64,000 nt of DNA from Gammaproteobacteria bacterium (GTDB lineage Bacteria; Pseudomonadota; Gammaproteobacteria; Steroidobacterales; GCA-2729495): the NCBI GenBank assembly GCA_021462865.1, contig JAJTYX010000059.1, positions 552 through 64,551 of the forward strand, read 5' to 3'. Below the pieces are notes generated by a model. That model saw only the letters and a list, made by a program, of their open reading frames with translations, was not told the DNA's origin and did no database searches. Every line of letters starts with the position of its first letter. Position 1 is the first letter of the stretch. Made by a program: the position numbers and the translations under genes. This document shows, piece by piece, positions 44,407-54,378 of the stretch.

Positions 44407-46641
44407 TTGGCTATCAATCGCCCGATAACAGGGTTCGATCTGGTGCTAACCGTGATTGCCAGAGCTTTTGTCCTCGCAGCGAGCATGCTCGTCGGTTCGC
44501 TGGCGCTCGGCAATGACGCGTTGCCGCGGCCGGCCGGCCTGGAATCGGAGATCGGTTTCTGGCGCCGGATATTTGCCGAAGTCAGCACCCAGCAGGGGCT
44601 GATTCACGACAATCGCCATCTCGGTATCGTCTACGAGACGCTGGATCTGCCGGACGGCTCGAACCCGGCACGTATCCGCAGCGCCGCAGATGCGGCACGC
44701 GGCAAGTACGAGCGCATCCTGCGGGAACTGGCGGAGGGCCGCCGGGACGGTCTCAGCAGCGAGCAGCGGCGCGTGCTGGCGTTGTGGGGCAAGGGCGTCT
44801 CCAACCATGAGCTGCGCGAGGCGGCCGAGCGCGTGCGCTTCCAGCAGGGGCTTGCCGAGCGGTTCCACGCCGGGCTGGTCCGGTCGGGGCTCTGGCGCGA
44901 CCATATCCTCAAGGCGATGCGCTCGGCCGGCGTGCCGGAAGAACTGGTGGCGTTGCCGCACGTGGAGTCGTCATTCGATCCCAGCGCCCGCTCCTTCGTG
45001 GGCGCAGCGGGGTTGTGGCAGTTCACCAGCGGCACGGGCCAGCGCTTCCTGCGTATCGACCAGGCGGTCGACGAACGTCGTGATCCGTATGAATCGAGCG
45101 AGGCCGCTGCCCGCCTGCTCCAGTACAACTACTCGGTGCTCGGGTCCTGGCCGCTCGCAATCACCGCGTATAACCACGGGACTGCGGGCATGCGCCGGGC
45201 GGCCGAGTCGATGGGCACCAGGGATATCGAGCGCATCATCCGACGCTACGATGGCCGGGCATTCGGCTTCGCGTCCCGCAACTTCTACGTCTCGTTTCTG
45301 GCGGCGCTGGAGATCGACCAGGCGCCGGAGAAGTTCTTCGGAGCCGTGCAGCGCAGGGCGCCGCGCGAGGATCTGGTCGTGGAACTGCCCGACTACATGC
45401 GCATTTCCACGCTGGAGCGCGCGCTCGGTGTGCCGCGCAGCACCCTGCAGTCGTTCAATCCGGCACTGCTGCCACCGGTGTGGGAGGGCGCCAAGTACGT
45501 GCCGCGGGGTTTCCGCCTCCGGTTGCCGGCGGAGACGGTCATCGCCGCGCCCGAGCAGGTGCTGGCTGCCCTGCCGTCCGGGGAGAGGTTTGCCGCGCAG
45601 GTGCCCGATCTCAGCTACCGGGTACGCAAAGGCGACACGCTTTCGCAGATCGCCCAGCGCCACGGCACCACCGTGACGAAGCTGGCGCAGGCCAATGGCC
45701 TCGGCAATGGCAGCCGCATCCGCGTCGGGCAGACACTGAAGCTGCCGGCGCGCGCCGGTTCGACCCGGCCCCCGCCGGCCGAATCGCAGCCGGCGCAGTC
45801 CGACGACACGCGGCTCGCCAGCCGTTCGCCGCCGCCCGCACCGGATGCCGCGCGCGAGCCGGCGTCGCGGCCGTTGCCGCCAGGCCCGGCCCCGCAGGCA
45901 GCGGCAGTTGCGACCGCCGGCCCGGCCACCGCCAAGAATGACGAGGCCGGTTATCGCGTGCGGCCGGGCGATTCGCTGGCGGCGATCTCCCGGCGCACCG
46001 GCGTCTCGCAGCGAGACCTGATCGAGTTCAATGACCTGCGCAATGCCAACATGCTGCGCAGCGGGCAGACGTTGCGCCTCGCACGGCCGGCAGAAGTGGT
46101 CAATGCGACGCGGCCTGCGGCGGCAGCACCGGCGGACACCGGCGGCGGATCGCAGGTCGCGAGCGCCGTGCAGCCGGCTGCCGGCGGCAGCCCGCCGGCA
46201 ACCTCGCTCGCGGATCCCAGCGACTACCTCGTGGCCGGCGACGGCACCGTCGAGGTGCAGGCGGCCGAGACGCTCAGCCACTATGCCGACTGGCTGGGAG
46301 TCAGTGCCGCGCAACTGCGCAAGGCGAATGGCTGGTCACGGCAGCGTCCGCTGGTGCTAGGCCAGCGTGTGCACCTGGTGTTCAGCGAGGTCGACCGCGA
46401 GACGTTCCAGTCCCGGCGCATCGACTTCCACCGCGAATTGCAGGAGGCGTTCTTCAGCCGCTATCGCATTACGGACACCACCGAGCATCGGTTGCGCCGG
46501 GGTGAGTCGGTGTGGGTGCTCGCATCGCAGAAGTACAAGGTGCCGGTCTGGTTGCTGCGCCAGTACAATCCCACTTTGAAACTCGACGAGGTGCGCCCCG
46601 GGACGGCTGTGGTCTTCCCGCGGCTGGCGCCGGTTGCCTAG
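44407..46641 (+). CDS. Lytic murein transglycosylase (MltD-like) with multiple LysM domains
   Basis: SLT catalytic motif LPHVESSFDPSARSFVGAAGLWQF. LysM repeats YRVRKGDTLSQIAQRHG...GQTLKLP and YRVRPGDSLAAISRRTG...GQTLRL, plus degenerate C-terminal copies. The TTG start at 44407 is uncertain. Confidence 0.8.
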   Translation: MAINRPITGFDLVLTVIARAFVLAASMLVGSLALGNDALPRPAGLESEIGFWRRIFAEVSTQQGLIHDNRHLGIVYETLDLPDGSNPARIRSAADAARGKYERILRELAEGRRDGLSSEQRRVLALWGKGVSNHELREAAERVRFQQGLAERFHAGLVRSGLWRDHILKAMRSAGVPEELVALPHVESSFDPSARSFVGAAGLWQFTSGTGQRFLRIDQAVDERRDPYESSEAAARLLQYNYSVLGSWPLAITAYNHGTAGMRRAAESMGTRDIERIIRRYDGRAFGFASRNFYVSFLAALEIDQAPEKFFGAVQRRAPREDLVVELPDYMRISTLERALGVPRSTLQSFNPALLPPVWEGAKYVPRGFRLRLPAETVIAAPEQVLAALPSGERFAAQVPDLSYRVRKGDTLSQIAQRHGTTVTKLAQANGLGNGSRIRVGQTLKLPARAGSTRPPPAESQPAQSDDTRLASRSPPPAPDAAREPASRPLPPGPAPQAAAVATAGPATAKNDEAGYRVRPGDSLAAISRRTGVSQRDLIEFNDLRNANMLRSGQTLRLARPAEVVNATRPAAAAPADTGGGSQVASAVQPAAGGSPPATSLADPSDYLVAGDGTVEVQAAETLSHYADWLGVSAAQLRKANGWSRQRPLVLGQRVHLVFSEVDRETFQSRRIDFHRELQEAFFSRYRITDTTEHRLRRGESVWVLASQKYKVPVWLLRQYNPTLKLDEVRPGTAVVFPRLAPVA

Positions 46642-46663
46642 ACAGTCCCGAGAGCCGTTTGCC

Positions 46664-47182
46664 ATGACACGATTCCTGCCCGCTGCCGCCATCGTCGCGC
46701 TGCTCGCCGCTGGCCTGTCGGCGCCGGGGCCGGGGCCGCTCGCGGCGGTCAGCTTCGACCGCGCCGACCGGGTGCTGGTGCGCAAGTCCGAGCGCAAGCT
46801 CTACCTCATGAAGGGTGATGCGGTGCTGCGCAGTTTCGACGTGGCGCTCGGGCTCGCGCCGGAAGGTGACAAGCTGCGCGAGGGCGACTTCCGTACCCCG
46901 GAGGGCAGCTACGAACTCATCGAGCGCAATGCGGACAGCGACTTCTTCCTCGCCATACTCATTTCCTACCCGAGCGTGACCGATACCCGCCGTGCGCGGG
47001 CAAAGGGCTATGCCCCCGGCGGCTCGATCATGATCCACGGGCAACCCAACAATCCCACGCGGTCGCCGGAGTACTATCGCCGCACCGACTGGACCAATGG
47101 CTGCATCGCCGTGTCCAACTCCGACATGGTGGATATCTGGCTGATGACCGGCCGCAATACCCCGATCGACATCCTTCCCTAG
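46664..47182 (+). CDS. L,D-transpeptidase family (YkuD) protein
   Basis: ORF 46634..47182; ATG at 46664 gives a signal peptide. Catalytic motif IMIHG...TNGCIAV. Confidence 0.85.
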   Translation: MTRFLPAAAIVALLAAGLSAPGPGPLAAVSFDRADRVLVRKSERKLYLMKGDAVLRSFDVALGLAPEGDKLREGDFRTPEGSYELIERNADSDFFLAILISYPSVTDTRRARAKGYAPGGSIMIHGQPNNPTRSPEYYRRTDWTNGCIAVSNSDMVDIWLMTGRNTPIDILP

Positions 47183-47260
47183 CAGGGCGCGCAGCCACGC
47201 GGGCGGAGGGTTACCCACCCCCACCCGGGAGCCTGCAATGCCCGGACATCGAAGCGACCC

Positions 47261-48634
47261 ATGAGCAATGGCCCCGCGCAATCCCTGGTCGAAGTCATGC
47301 CCGAGGGCAGCCTGGAGCTGCTGTCCCAGCACGAGGTCAACCGGCTGCGCAGCACGGGAGAGGGTGGCCAGCACGAGGTGCTGCGGCGTTGCGCTCTGGC
47401 CATCCTGAACGTCGGTGGCCAGAGCGACGACACCCGGGAAGTGCTGGAGAAGTATCACGATTTCGACGTTTACATCGTGCAGCAGGATCGTGGCGTCAAG
47501 CTGGCGCTGAAGAATGCGCCGCCGGAAGCGTTTGTCGATGGCCGGATGATCCGCGGCATCCGCGAGCTCCTGTTCGCGGTGCTGCGCGACGTGGTGTTCA
47601 TCAATAACGAGGTCGCCAGCGGAGCGCAGTTCGATCTCGGCAGCAGCGACGGCATCACCAATGCGGTCTTCCACATCCTGCGCAATGCCGGAGCGCTGCG
47701 CGCCGGCGAACCCGATCTCGTCGTGTGCTGGGGCGGGCACGCCATCAGCCGCGAGGAGTACGACTACTCCAAGAAGGTCGGCTACGAAATCGGGCTGCGC
47801 GGCATGAGTGTGTGCACCGGCTGCGGCAGCGGCGCCATGAAAGGCCCGATGAAGGGCGCGGCGGTCGGTCACGCCAAGCAGCGCGTCGCCGATGGCCGCT
47901 ATGTCGGCATCACCGAGCCCGGAATCATCGCGGCGGAGTCGCCGAACCCGATCGTCAACAAGCTGGTGATCATGCCGGACATGGAGAAACGTCTCGAGGC
48001 GTTTCTGCGCATTGCCCACGCGATCGTGATCTTTCCCGGCGGGGTCGGTACGGCAGAGGAGTTCCTGTTCCTGCTCGGCATCCTGCTGCATCCGCACAAC
48101 CGCGATATTCCGCTGCCGGTGCTCCTGACCGGGCCGGAGTCCAGCCGGCCGTACTTCGAGCAGATTGACCGCTTCATCGGCGCGACCCTCGGCCGGGAGG
48201 CCCAGCAGCGCTACCGCATCAGCGTCGGTGACCCGGGGGCGGTGGCTACCGAGATCCGCGCCGGGCTGCATCGCGTGCGTGATTTCCGCCATGCTCACAG
48301 CGATGCGTACTATTTCAACTGGCGGCTGCACATCGACATGGATTTCCAGCGGCCGTTCCGGGCGACTCACGAGAGCATGGCCGCCCTGCAGCTGTTCCGT
48401 GGCGAGGATGCGCCGCGCCTCGCGGCCAGCCTGCGCAAGGCCTTCTCCGGGCTGGTCTCCGGCAACGTCAAGGACGACGGCATCCGCGCGATCGAACGCC
48501 ACGGGCCGTTCGAACTCTCCGGCGAACCTGCGCTGATGGGTGAACTCGACCGACTGCTCGCTGCGTTCGTCGCGGCGAACCGCATGCGCCTTCCCGGGCG
48601 CGTCTACCAGCCCTGTTATCGCCTGGTCGTGTAG
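47261..48634 (+). CDS. ppnN: Nucleotide 5-prime-monophosphate nucleosidase PpnN (YgdH, LOG family)
   Basis: 457 aa. LOG motifs CTGCGSGAMKGPMKGA and FPGGVGTAEEF. The N-terminal domain LELLSQHEVNRL resembles YgdH. Confidence 0.85.
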   Translation: MSNGPAQSLVEVMPEGSLELLSQHEVNRLRSTGEGGQHEVLRRCALAILNVGGQSDDTREVLEKYHDFDVYIVQQDRGVKLALKNAPPEAFVDGRMIRGIRELLFAVLRDVVFINNEVASGAQFDLGSSDGITNAVFHILRNAGALRAGEPDLVVCWGGHAISREEYDYSKKVGYEIGLRGMSVCTGCGSGAMKGPMKGAAVGHAKQRVADGRYVGITEPGIIAAESPNPIVNKLVIMPDMEKRLEAFLRIAHAIVIFPGGVGTAEEFLFLLGILLHPHNRDIPLPVLLTGPESSRPYFEQIDRFIGATLGREAQQRYRISVGDPGAVATEIRAGLHRVRDFRHAHSDAYYFNWRLHIDMDFQRPFRATHESMAALQLFRGEDAPRLAASLRKAFSGLVSGNVKDDGIRAIERHGPFELSGEPALMGELDRLLAAFVAANRMRLPGRVYQPCYRLVV

Positions 48635-48774
48635 AGCCGGGCTCGGCGATCCGGCGGCGCGCGATGCGTCGCATAACGTCGCTGTTAAATCGAAATGCCT
48701 GTGACATGGTTCCTCGAAGGCGTGCGCCCCTCTTCATAAGCTGATTGCAGTGTGGAGGTTCGGGGACAGTCACC

Positions 48775-49065
48775 ATGAGCAATTACAATAAGAACAATTC
48801 GCCCCCAGTGTCCGACGCGGAGTCGGGCGAGGTCGTGGCCGACGGCAAGTCGGCCTACGAAAGCGCTTTGCGCAGTGGCCGGGTTCGCAACCTGGTCACG
48901 CCTGATGGTCGGGACATGGGCGCCTGGGATTCCTACCGGCGCTGGCTGAATCGGGTGCAGCAGCCCGACAAGCGCCGCACGCCGATCGATCCGGCTCTCT
49001 ACACCTGGAAGGGATACCGCAACTGGTCGGACAAGGTCCGCCGTGACTGGAAGCAGGACGAATAG
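48775..49065 (+). CDS. Hypothetical small hydrophilic protein (96 aa)
   Basis: ORF 48745..49065; ATG at 48775 (MSNYNK...). Strong GC3 bias after the first 8 codons. Trp/Arg-rich C-terminus (YTWKGYRNWSDKVRRDWKQDE). No family recognised. Confidence 0.5.
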   Translation: MSNYNKNNSPPVSDAESGEVVADGKSAYESALRSGRVRNLVTPDGRDMGAWDSYRRWLNRVQQPDKRRTPIDPALYTWKGYRNWSDKVRRDWKQDE

Positions 49066-49166
49066 TGCAAGCTGATACCGAAGGCGCGAGCCCGACGCCT
49101 TTGCCGATGCCGAATCCGGGGAGTCCGGATTTCGAACCACAAGCCGCAACCATAAAAAAACAAAAT

Positions 49167-49355
49167 ATGTCGGACAGGGACGACAACGAAGACATCATCC
49201 GGAACCAGGATACAGTCGCCCGCCGGGCCTGGGTCGAGTGGGCGCTGGACAGCGTGCGCCGCCGGCTGCAGACCGACGAGGAGATGCCGGGCGGCACTGC
49301 GAAGGCCGCCGACCGGCCATCGCTGTTCGTCGTGCGTCCGGGCCGCAAGCGCTGA
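49167..49355 (+). CDS. Hypothetical small charged protein (62 aa)
   Basis: Within ORF 49065..49355. GC3 bias is present only from the ATG at 49167 (MSDRDDNEDIIRNQD...). No Shine-Dalgarno sequence seen. Weak call. Confidence 0.35.
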   Translation: MSDRDDNEDIIRNQDTVARRAWVEWALDSVRRRLQTDEEMPGGTAKAADRPSLFVVRPGRKR

Positions 49356-49545
49356 AGCGGCCGGTTTTCTTCGCGATGCAACCGGAGCGCGCGCTCAGGC
49401 TACTCGACGCACTCGACGGGCTTGCCGGTGCAGTGCGGCTCGTGTGTATCGGCTACTGGGGCCGGCGGCTGCGCGCAGCACTCATCATGGCGGCGGTACT
49501 GTTCGTGCCTGCGACACTGCTGACGCCGTATATCTGAACGCGGAC

Positions 49546-50637
49546 TCAGAGCAACGCTGAGATCAGGGCGAGGCTCGTCGTCGCGAGCAGCAACGCGGCA
49601 ATCAGGCCGGCGGCAAGCGGCTGCCAGCCGACATGGCGCAGGTCGCGCAACTCGACGTTGAGCCCGACGCCCGCCATCCCGACGATCAGCAGCAGCTCGC
49701 TGAGCTGCGCGGCCAGCGCCAGGGCGGGCTGCCACAAGTGTTCGACGAAGGCCGGGCTGGATGCGCCGAACACGTCGCCGAGCGAGCGCAGTGCCGCCAG
49801 ACCGACGAACGCAAACACGAAGCCCGGCACGAGTTTCCTCAGTGAAAGCGACCCGGAGCCGCTGGCGGTGGCGCCGGCACGCGCCTGCATGGCAGCCAGC
49901 ACCGGGACGACGAGCACGAGCGTGAGGTTACGCATCAGCTTGGTAACCGTTGCGGCTTCCAGCGCCGCCGGGGCGAGGTACTGGTCGCTGTAGATCAAGG
50001 CCGCACCCATGACCTGCGAGGTGTCGTGGATGGCCGTGCCGAGGAATACACCGGCGGCGGCCGGCGCGTCCGCAAACAGCGTGTGCGCGAGGGCCGGGTA
50101 GAGCAGCGCGCCGGCAAGCCCGATGACGACCACTATGGTGACGGCATAACCGGTCTCGGCGGCGCGGGCCTTCAAAACGGGCGCAACCGCCATCACCGCC
50201 GTGCAGCCGCAGATGCTGGTACCGACGGTGAGCAACGACACCAGCGCGCCGCGCAGGCCGAGGCCGCGTGCGATGCGCGGAATAGCCAGCCAGGCAACCG
50301 CCAGGCACCCGGCGACCACCGGCAGGGCGCGCAGTCCGAGCACGCCGATACTGCTCAGCGTGAGGCGCAGCCCGACCAGGGCGAGTCCGCAGCGAAGCAG
50401 GGTTCCGGTCGCGAGCGCGAGGCCTTTGTCCTGGAGCGGGCTGACGCCGATCGTGTTGCGCACGGCGATTCCGGCAAGCACCGCGATCATCACCGGGCTG
50501 ACCGGGCTATGGCCGAGGTTGAAGATCGTGCTGCCGAGGAATTCCGCCACCAGCCGGGAGGACAGGGCGATGGCCGCGACGACGGCGAGACCCGGAATGA
50601 CCGACGCCCGCAGGGCATCGCGCATGACAGCGCTCAT
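49546..50637 (-). CDS. YeiH family membrane protein (UPF0324, putative sulfate exporter family)
   Basis: 363 aa, polytopic. Pattern SPVMIAVLAGIAVRN ... GTSICGCTAVMA is typical of YeiH. Confidence 0.8.
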   Translation of the reverse strand: MSAVMRDALRASVIPGLAVVAAIALSSRLVAEFLGSTIFNLGHSPVSPVMIAVLAGIAVRNTIGVSPLQDKGLALATGTLLRCGLALVGLRLTLSSIGVLGLRALPVVAGCLAVAWLAIPRIARGLGLRGALVSLLTVGTSICGCTAVMAVAPVLKARAAETGYAVTIVVVIGLAGALLYPALAHTLFADAPAAAGVFLGTAIHDTSQVMGAALIYSDQYLAPAALEAATVTKLMRNLTLVLVVPVLAAMQARAGATASGSGSLSLRKLVPGFVFAFVGLAALRSLGDVFGASSPAFVEHLWQPALALAAQLSELLLIVGMAGVGLNVELRDLRHVGWQPLAAGLIAALLLATTSLALISALL

Positions 50638-50684
50638 TGCGCCAGGAATCCCGCTGCTCGAGTGATGGGGCCGGTGAGACGCGG

Positions 50685-50963
50685 CTAGCCGGCGCCGATG
50701 GTGTCCGCGCCAGCGGTCGCGCCGCCCTGGGCCACGTCCAGGCGCGGCCGGCGGTCACGATTCACGACCATGCGGTCGTGCAGGCGGGTGATCGTATTGC
50801 TGCCGGTTTTCACGAACAGGAAGGGCAACAGGCCGTGAATGAAGCAGCACACCCCGGCACCGATCATGTGCATGGCGAAGCTCGAAGCGCTCCCCATGTG
50901 CTGCAGATAGGTTTCGCCGACGGATGCCGGATGCTCGGTGAATAGCGCCTTGATCTTGCTCAT
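50685..50963 (-). CDS. Small membrane protein (DUF6356-like)
   Basis: ORF 50685..51017; ATG at 50963 (MSKIKALFTEHPASVGETYLQHM...). One or two hydrophobic helices. Family call is from memory. Confidence 0.5.
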   Translation of the reverse strand: MSKIKALFTEHPASVGETYLQHMGSASSFAMHMIGAGVCCFIHGLLPFLFVKTGSNTITRLHDRMVVNRDRRPRLDVAQGGATAGADTIGAG

Positions 50964-51219
50964 GTTGCGACCTGCTCCTTCACGGACCCCCGGGGTCGCC
51001 CGATCGGTGGAGACCAACGAGCAACGTGGTTTTTATAATCGCGGCTTATATGGGTATATATTTTATTCATTTAGCGCAGGCGGGCAAGGCCGTCATCGAC
51101 ATCACGGCGGGGATGGCCGGCGAGCGCGCGACACGGGGCCCGGTAGCCGTCGGGGCTGCTCCCGGGCGCGGTTGCCATAACGGGATGCGTGCACCGGCCG
51201 GCCCTGGCGCCGTGTGCCG

Positions 51220-51250
51220 CTTGAAATCTGGCGCCGCGGTCCTTATTTAT
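51220..51250 (+). promoter_or_regulatory. Sigma32 (RpoH) heat-shock promoter of htpG
   Basis: CTTGAAA (51220-51226), 14 nt, then CCTTATTTAT (51241-51250), compared with the consensus CTTGAAA-N13-17-CCCCATNT. Lies 51 nt upstream of the htpG ATG. Confidence 0.7.
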
Positions 51251-51300
51251 GCGGACCCCCGGTCCGGCAGAACCGTTTGCCGCCAGCAAAGGCCAATGTA

Positions 51301-53178
51301 ATGACGACACGCGAGACCCACGGCTTCCAGGCCGAGGTGAAGCAACTGCTTCACCTGATGATCCATTCGCTCTACAGCAACCGCGAGATCTTCCTGCGCG
51401 AGCTGATTTCCAATGCCTCGGACGCCGCCGACAAGCTGCGCTTCGAGGCAATCGCGCAGCCGGCGTATCTGGCGGAGGATCCGGAGCTCGCCATCCGGGT
51501 CGCGGTCGACGCCGGGGCCGGCACCATCTCGATCAGCGATAACGGCATCGGCATGTCTCGTGACGAGGTCGTCCAGCAGCTCGGCACGATTGCGCGGTCC
51601 GGCACAGCCGAGTTCGTGCGCCGCCTGAGCGGCGACCAGAAGCAGGACGTGAACCTGATCGGCCAGTTCGGTGTCGGCTTCTATTCGGCGTTCACCGTGG
51701 CCGACCGCGTGGAAGTACTGACGCGTCGCGCCGGCCTCGGGCCGGAGCAGGGCGTACGCTGGGAGTCCGCCGGCGACGGCGAGTTCACCGTGGAGACCGT
51801 GGAGCGTGCCGAGCGCGGTACGCAGGTGACGCTGCACCTGCGCTCCGACGCGACGGAATTCGCCGACGATTTCCGCCTGCGGGCGCTGGTCCGGAGGTAT
51901 TCCGACCACATCGCATTCCCGGTGCTGATGCGCAAGGCGGGCGCCACGGCGAAAGACGTCGAGGAGACGCGCGAAGAGGCGGTCAACGCCGCCCGCGCCT
52001 TGTGGACGCGTCCCAAGGGGGACATCGCGGACGAGGAGTACAAAGAGTTCTACAAGCACATTTCCCACGACTTCACCGAGCCTTTGCTCTGGAGCCACAA
52101 CCGCGTCGAAGGCAAGCGCGTCTACACGAGCCTGCTTTTTCTGCCGGCGCACGCCCCGTTCGACCTGTGGAACCGCGAGAAGCCGCGCGGCCTGAAGCTC
52201 TACGTCCGTCGCGTTTTCATCCTCGACGACGCCGAGCAGTTTCTGCCGCTGTACCTGCGGTTCATGCGCGGCGTGATCGATGCCGACGAGTTGCCGCTGA
52301 ACGTGTCGCGGGAACTGCTGCAGCACGATCCGGAGGTGGAAGCGATCCGCGGCGGGCTGACGCGGCGCGTGCTCGACCTGCTGGAGAAACTCGCGGCCGA
52401 CGATCCGGCGAAATACGCCGGGTTCTGGAAGGAGTTCGGCCGCGTGCTCAAGGAAGGGCCGGCGGAGGATCACGCGAACCGTGAGCGCATCGCGAAGCTG
52501 TTGCGCTTCACCAGCACCCGCTCGGCCGGCGACGAACCGGACCGCAGCCTCGACGATTATCGGGCCGGTGCCCCCGAGGGGCAGCGCCACATCTGGTTCC
52601 TGACCGCTGACAGCCTGGCCGCGGCCCGCAGCAGCCCGCATCTCGAGATTTTCCGCAAGCGCAACCTGGAGGTGCTGCTCCTCACCGACCCGATCGACGA
52701 GTGGGTGACCGGCCACCTCGCCGAATTCGCCGAGCTGAAGTTCCGCGACATACGCCGCGGCGAACTCGACCTCGCGGAAGGTGGCGGGGACGGGAAGGAA
52801 GAATCCGCTGCACCGGCCGGCGAGCACGCAGCGCTGCTCGAGCGCCTGAAGGCGGCGCTCGGCGACGAGGTGGAGAAAGTCCGCGTCAGCGAGCGGCTGA
52901 CGGAATCGCCTGCCTGCCTGTCGATGGGCGAGTTCGACATGGGGCCGCAGTTACGGCGGATTCTTGCGGCTTCGGGCCAGGCGGTGCCGGATGCGCGGCC
53001 GATCCTGGAGATCAACCCGGCTCACGCGCTGTTAAAGCGGCTTGCCACCGAGCAGGGCGAGGCACGGTTCGGCGACCTTGCCCAGGTGCTGTTCGAGCAG
53101 GCGCTGCTCACCGAGGGCCGGCCGCTGAAGGACCCCGGCGCGTTCGTGCAGCGCGTGAACCGCCTGCTCGCGGGGTGA
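51301..53178 (+). CDS. htpG: Molecular chaperone HtpG (Hsp90)
   Basis: ORF 51214..53178; ATG at 51301 gives [42 protein letters not shown], the canonical Hsp90 N-terminus. 625 aa. Confidence 0.97.
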   Translation: MTTRETHGFQAEVKQLLHLMIHSLYSNREIFLRELISNASDAADKLRFEAIAQPAYLAEDPELAIRVAVDAGAGTISISDNGIGMSRDEVVQQLGTIARSGTAEFVRRLSGDQKQDVNLIGQFGVGFYSAFTVADRVEVLTRRAGLGPEQGVRWESAGDGEFTVETVERAERGTQVTLHLRSDATEFADDFRLRALVRRYSDHIAFPVLMRKAGATAKDVEETREEAVNAARALWTRPKGDIADEEYKEFYKHISHDFTEPLLWSHNRVEGKRVYTSLLFLPAHAPFDLWNREKPRGLKLYVRRVFILDDAEQFLPLYLRFMRGVIDADELPLNVSRELLQHDPEVEAIRGGLTRRVLDLLEKLAADDPAKYAGFWKEFGRVLKEGPAEDHANRERIAKLLRFTSTRSAGDEPDRSLDDYRAGAPEGQRHIWFLTADSLAAARSSPHLEIFRKRNLEVLLLTDPIDEWVTGHLAEFAELKFRDIRRGELDLAEGGGDGKEESAAPAGEHAALLERLKAALGDEVEKVRVSERLTESPACLSMGEFDMGPQLRRILAASGQAVPDARPILEINPAHALLKRLATEQGEARFGDLAQVLFEQALLTEGRPLKDPGAFVQRVNRLLAG

Positions 53179-53218
53179 TGCGCGTCGGCCATCGGGCCGC
53201 CGTCGCGACTGCGGCAGT

Positions 53219-54226
53219 TCAGCAGTTCTGGTCGCATGCCGGCCCTACGCCGTGCTCGACCTGCAGCGTGGCGTGACCGATGCGGAAGCGGTGATCGAGC
53301 TCCCCGGCGACATCGCGCAGGAAGTGATCGTCCTTAAGGCCGGCGGGTATCACCAGGTGCGCGGTCAGTGCCGTTTCCGTCGTGCTCATTGCCCAGATGT
53401 GCAGGTCATGGATGTCGGTCACCCCGGGCAGCCGCCGCAGGAACTCGCGCACGTCCTGTGGATCGATCGCCTTCGGCACCGCATCGAAGGCCATGTCGAG
53501 CGACTCGGTGAGTACGTCCCAGGTTCCGACGACGATCACCGCGACGATGACCAGGCTGATCGCCGGGTCGAGCCACAGCCAGCCGAGTGTCAGCACGCCG
53601 ATGCCGCCAAGCACCACGGCCACCGACACTGCGGCGTCCCCTACCATGTGCATGAATGCAGCGCGGACGTTGAGATCGTGATGGCGTCCGGCGGCGAAGA
53701 GCCAGGCCGTGATGCCGTTGATCACGACGCCCACGCCCGCGACCCAGATCATCACTGAACCTGCAACTGGCGCCGGCTCGCGAAACCGCAGCAGCGCCTC
53801 CCAGCCGATCGCACCCATGGCGACCAGCAGCAGTATGGAGCTCACCAGCGAGGAGAGGATGGTGCCGCGCCGGAAACCGTAGGTCCGGCGCGGAGTCGGG
53901 TCGCGCCTGGCAAGCCGCGCGGCACCCCAGGCCATCACCAGGCTCAGGACATCGCTCAGGTTGTGGCCCGCATCGGCGATCAGTGCGAGCGAGTCGGCGA
54001 TTACGCCAAACACCAGCTCCACCACCACGAAGAGCATGTTCAGGCTGATACCGATGAGGAAGGCGCGGTTCAGTTCCTCGGGCGGCGGATGGTGGTGATG
54101 GCCGTGGGAGTGGTGGTGCTCCGGACGCTCATGATGGTCACGATCGTCATGGTCATGGTCATGGTCATGCCCGTGATCCCGGGGATCGTCGGGGTCATGC
54201 GCGTGCGAATGGGGGGTGATTGCCAC
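53219..54226 (-). CDS. Cation diffusion facilitator (CzcD/ZitB-like) transporter with a His/Asp-rich N-terminal tail
   Basis: GTG start. Tail HSHAHDPDDPRDHGHDHDHDHDDRDHHERPEHHHSHGHHHH. CDF signature SLALIADAGHNLSDV and MHMVGDA. Confidence 0.9.
   Translation of the reverse strand: MAITPHSHAHDPDDPRDHGHDHDHDHDDRDHHERPEHHHSHGHHHHPPPEELNRAFLIGISLNMLFVVVELVFGVIADSLALIADAGHNLSDVLSLVMAWGAARLARRDPTPRRTYGFRRGTILSSLVSSILLLVAMGAIGWEALLRFREPAPVAGSVMIWVAGVGVVINGITAWLFAAGRHHDLNVRAAFMHMVGDAAVSVAVVLGGIGVLTLGWLWLDPAISLVIVAVIVVGTWDVLTESLDMAFDAVPKAIDPQDVREFLRRLPGVTDIHDLHIWAMSTTETALTAHLVIPAGLKDDHFLRDVAGELDHRFRIGHATLQVEHGVGPACDQNC
54146..54169. repeat. Perfect (GTCATG)x4 hexanucleotide tandem repeat inside the CDF His/Asp tail
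   Basis: Read directly. It is in frame and encodes (His-Asp)4, the HDHDHDHD run within the N-terminal tail, on the minus strand. Confidence 0.9.
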
Positions 54227-54378
54227 GATCGGACGCCCTGATTGTCCCGGCCCTGGGTTCGGCGAAGCCTATCACGGCTGTTTTCGGCGCGGCTTGGGAA
54301 CTTTCCCTTACGCCAGGCGCCCGGGGCGTCGGGTACACTGGACGCTGTCCCGGTTGAGAGACCTGATGGCAGGCTTGC

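Noticed and set aside
46469-48502. A 677-aa minus-strand ORF
   Set aside because: It is antisense to the YkuD and ppnN genes, which have clear catalytic motifs, and it contains no domain signal.
49111-49140. tRNA-like fragment (GGATTTCGAACC) that might mark an integration site
   Set aside because: There is only a short resemblance to a T-arm. No acceptor or anticodon arms can be folded, and there is no integrase nearby.
49065-49166. GTG start at 49065, overlapping the stop of the upstream small ORF. This would suggest a translationally coupled pair or a toxin-antitoxin system
   Set aside because: Codons 1-34 have poor GC3 (caa, gct, gat, gaa, cct, ttg, aat, ata, aaa...), so the coding signal starts only at ATG 49167. 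Neither peptide resembles a known toxin or antitoxin fold by eye.
51026-51301. A 91-aa ORF upstream of htpG
   Set aside because: It starts in an AT-rich promoter patch, runs through the sigma32 promoter, and has no RBS or coding bias.
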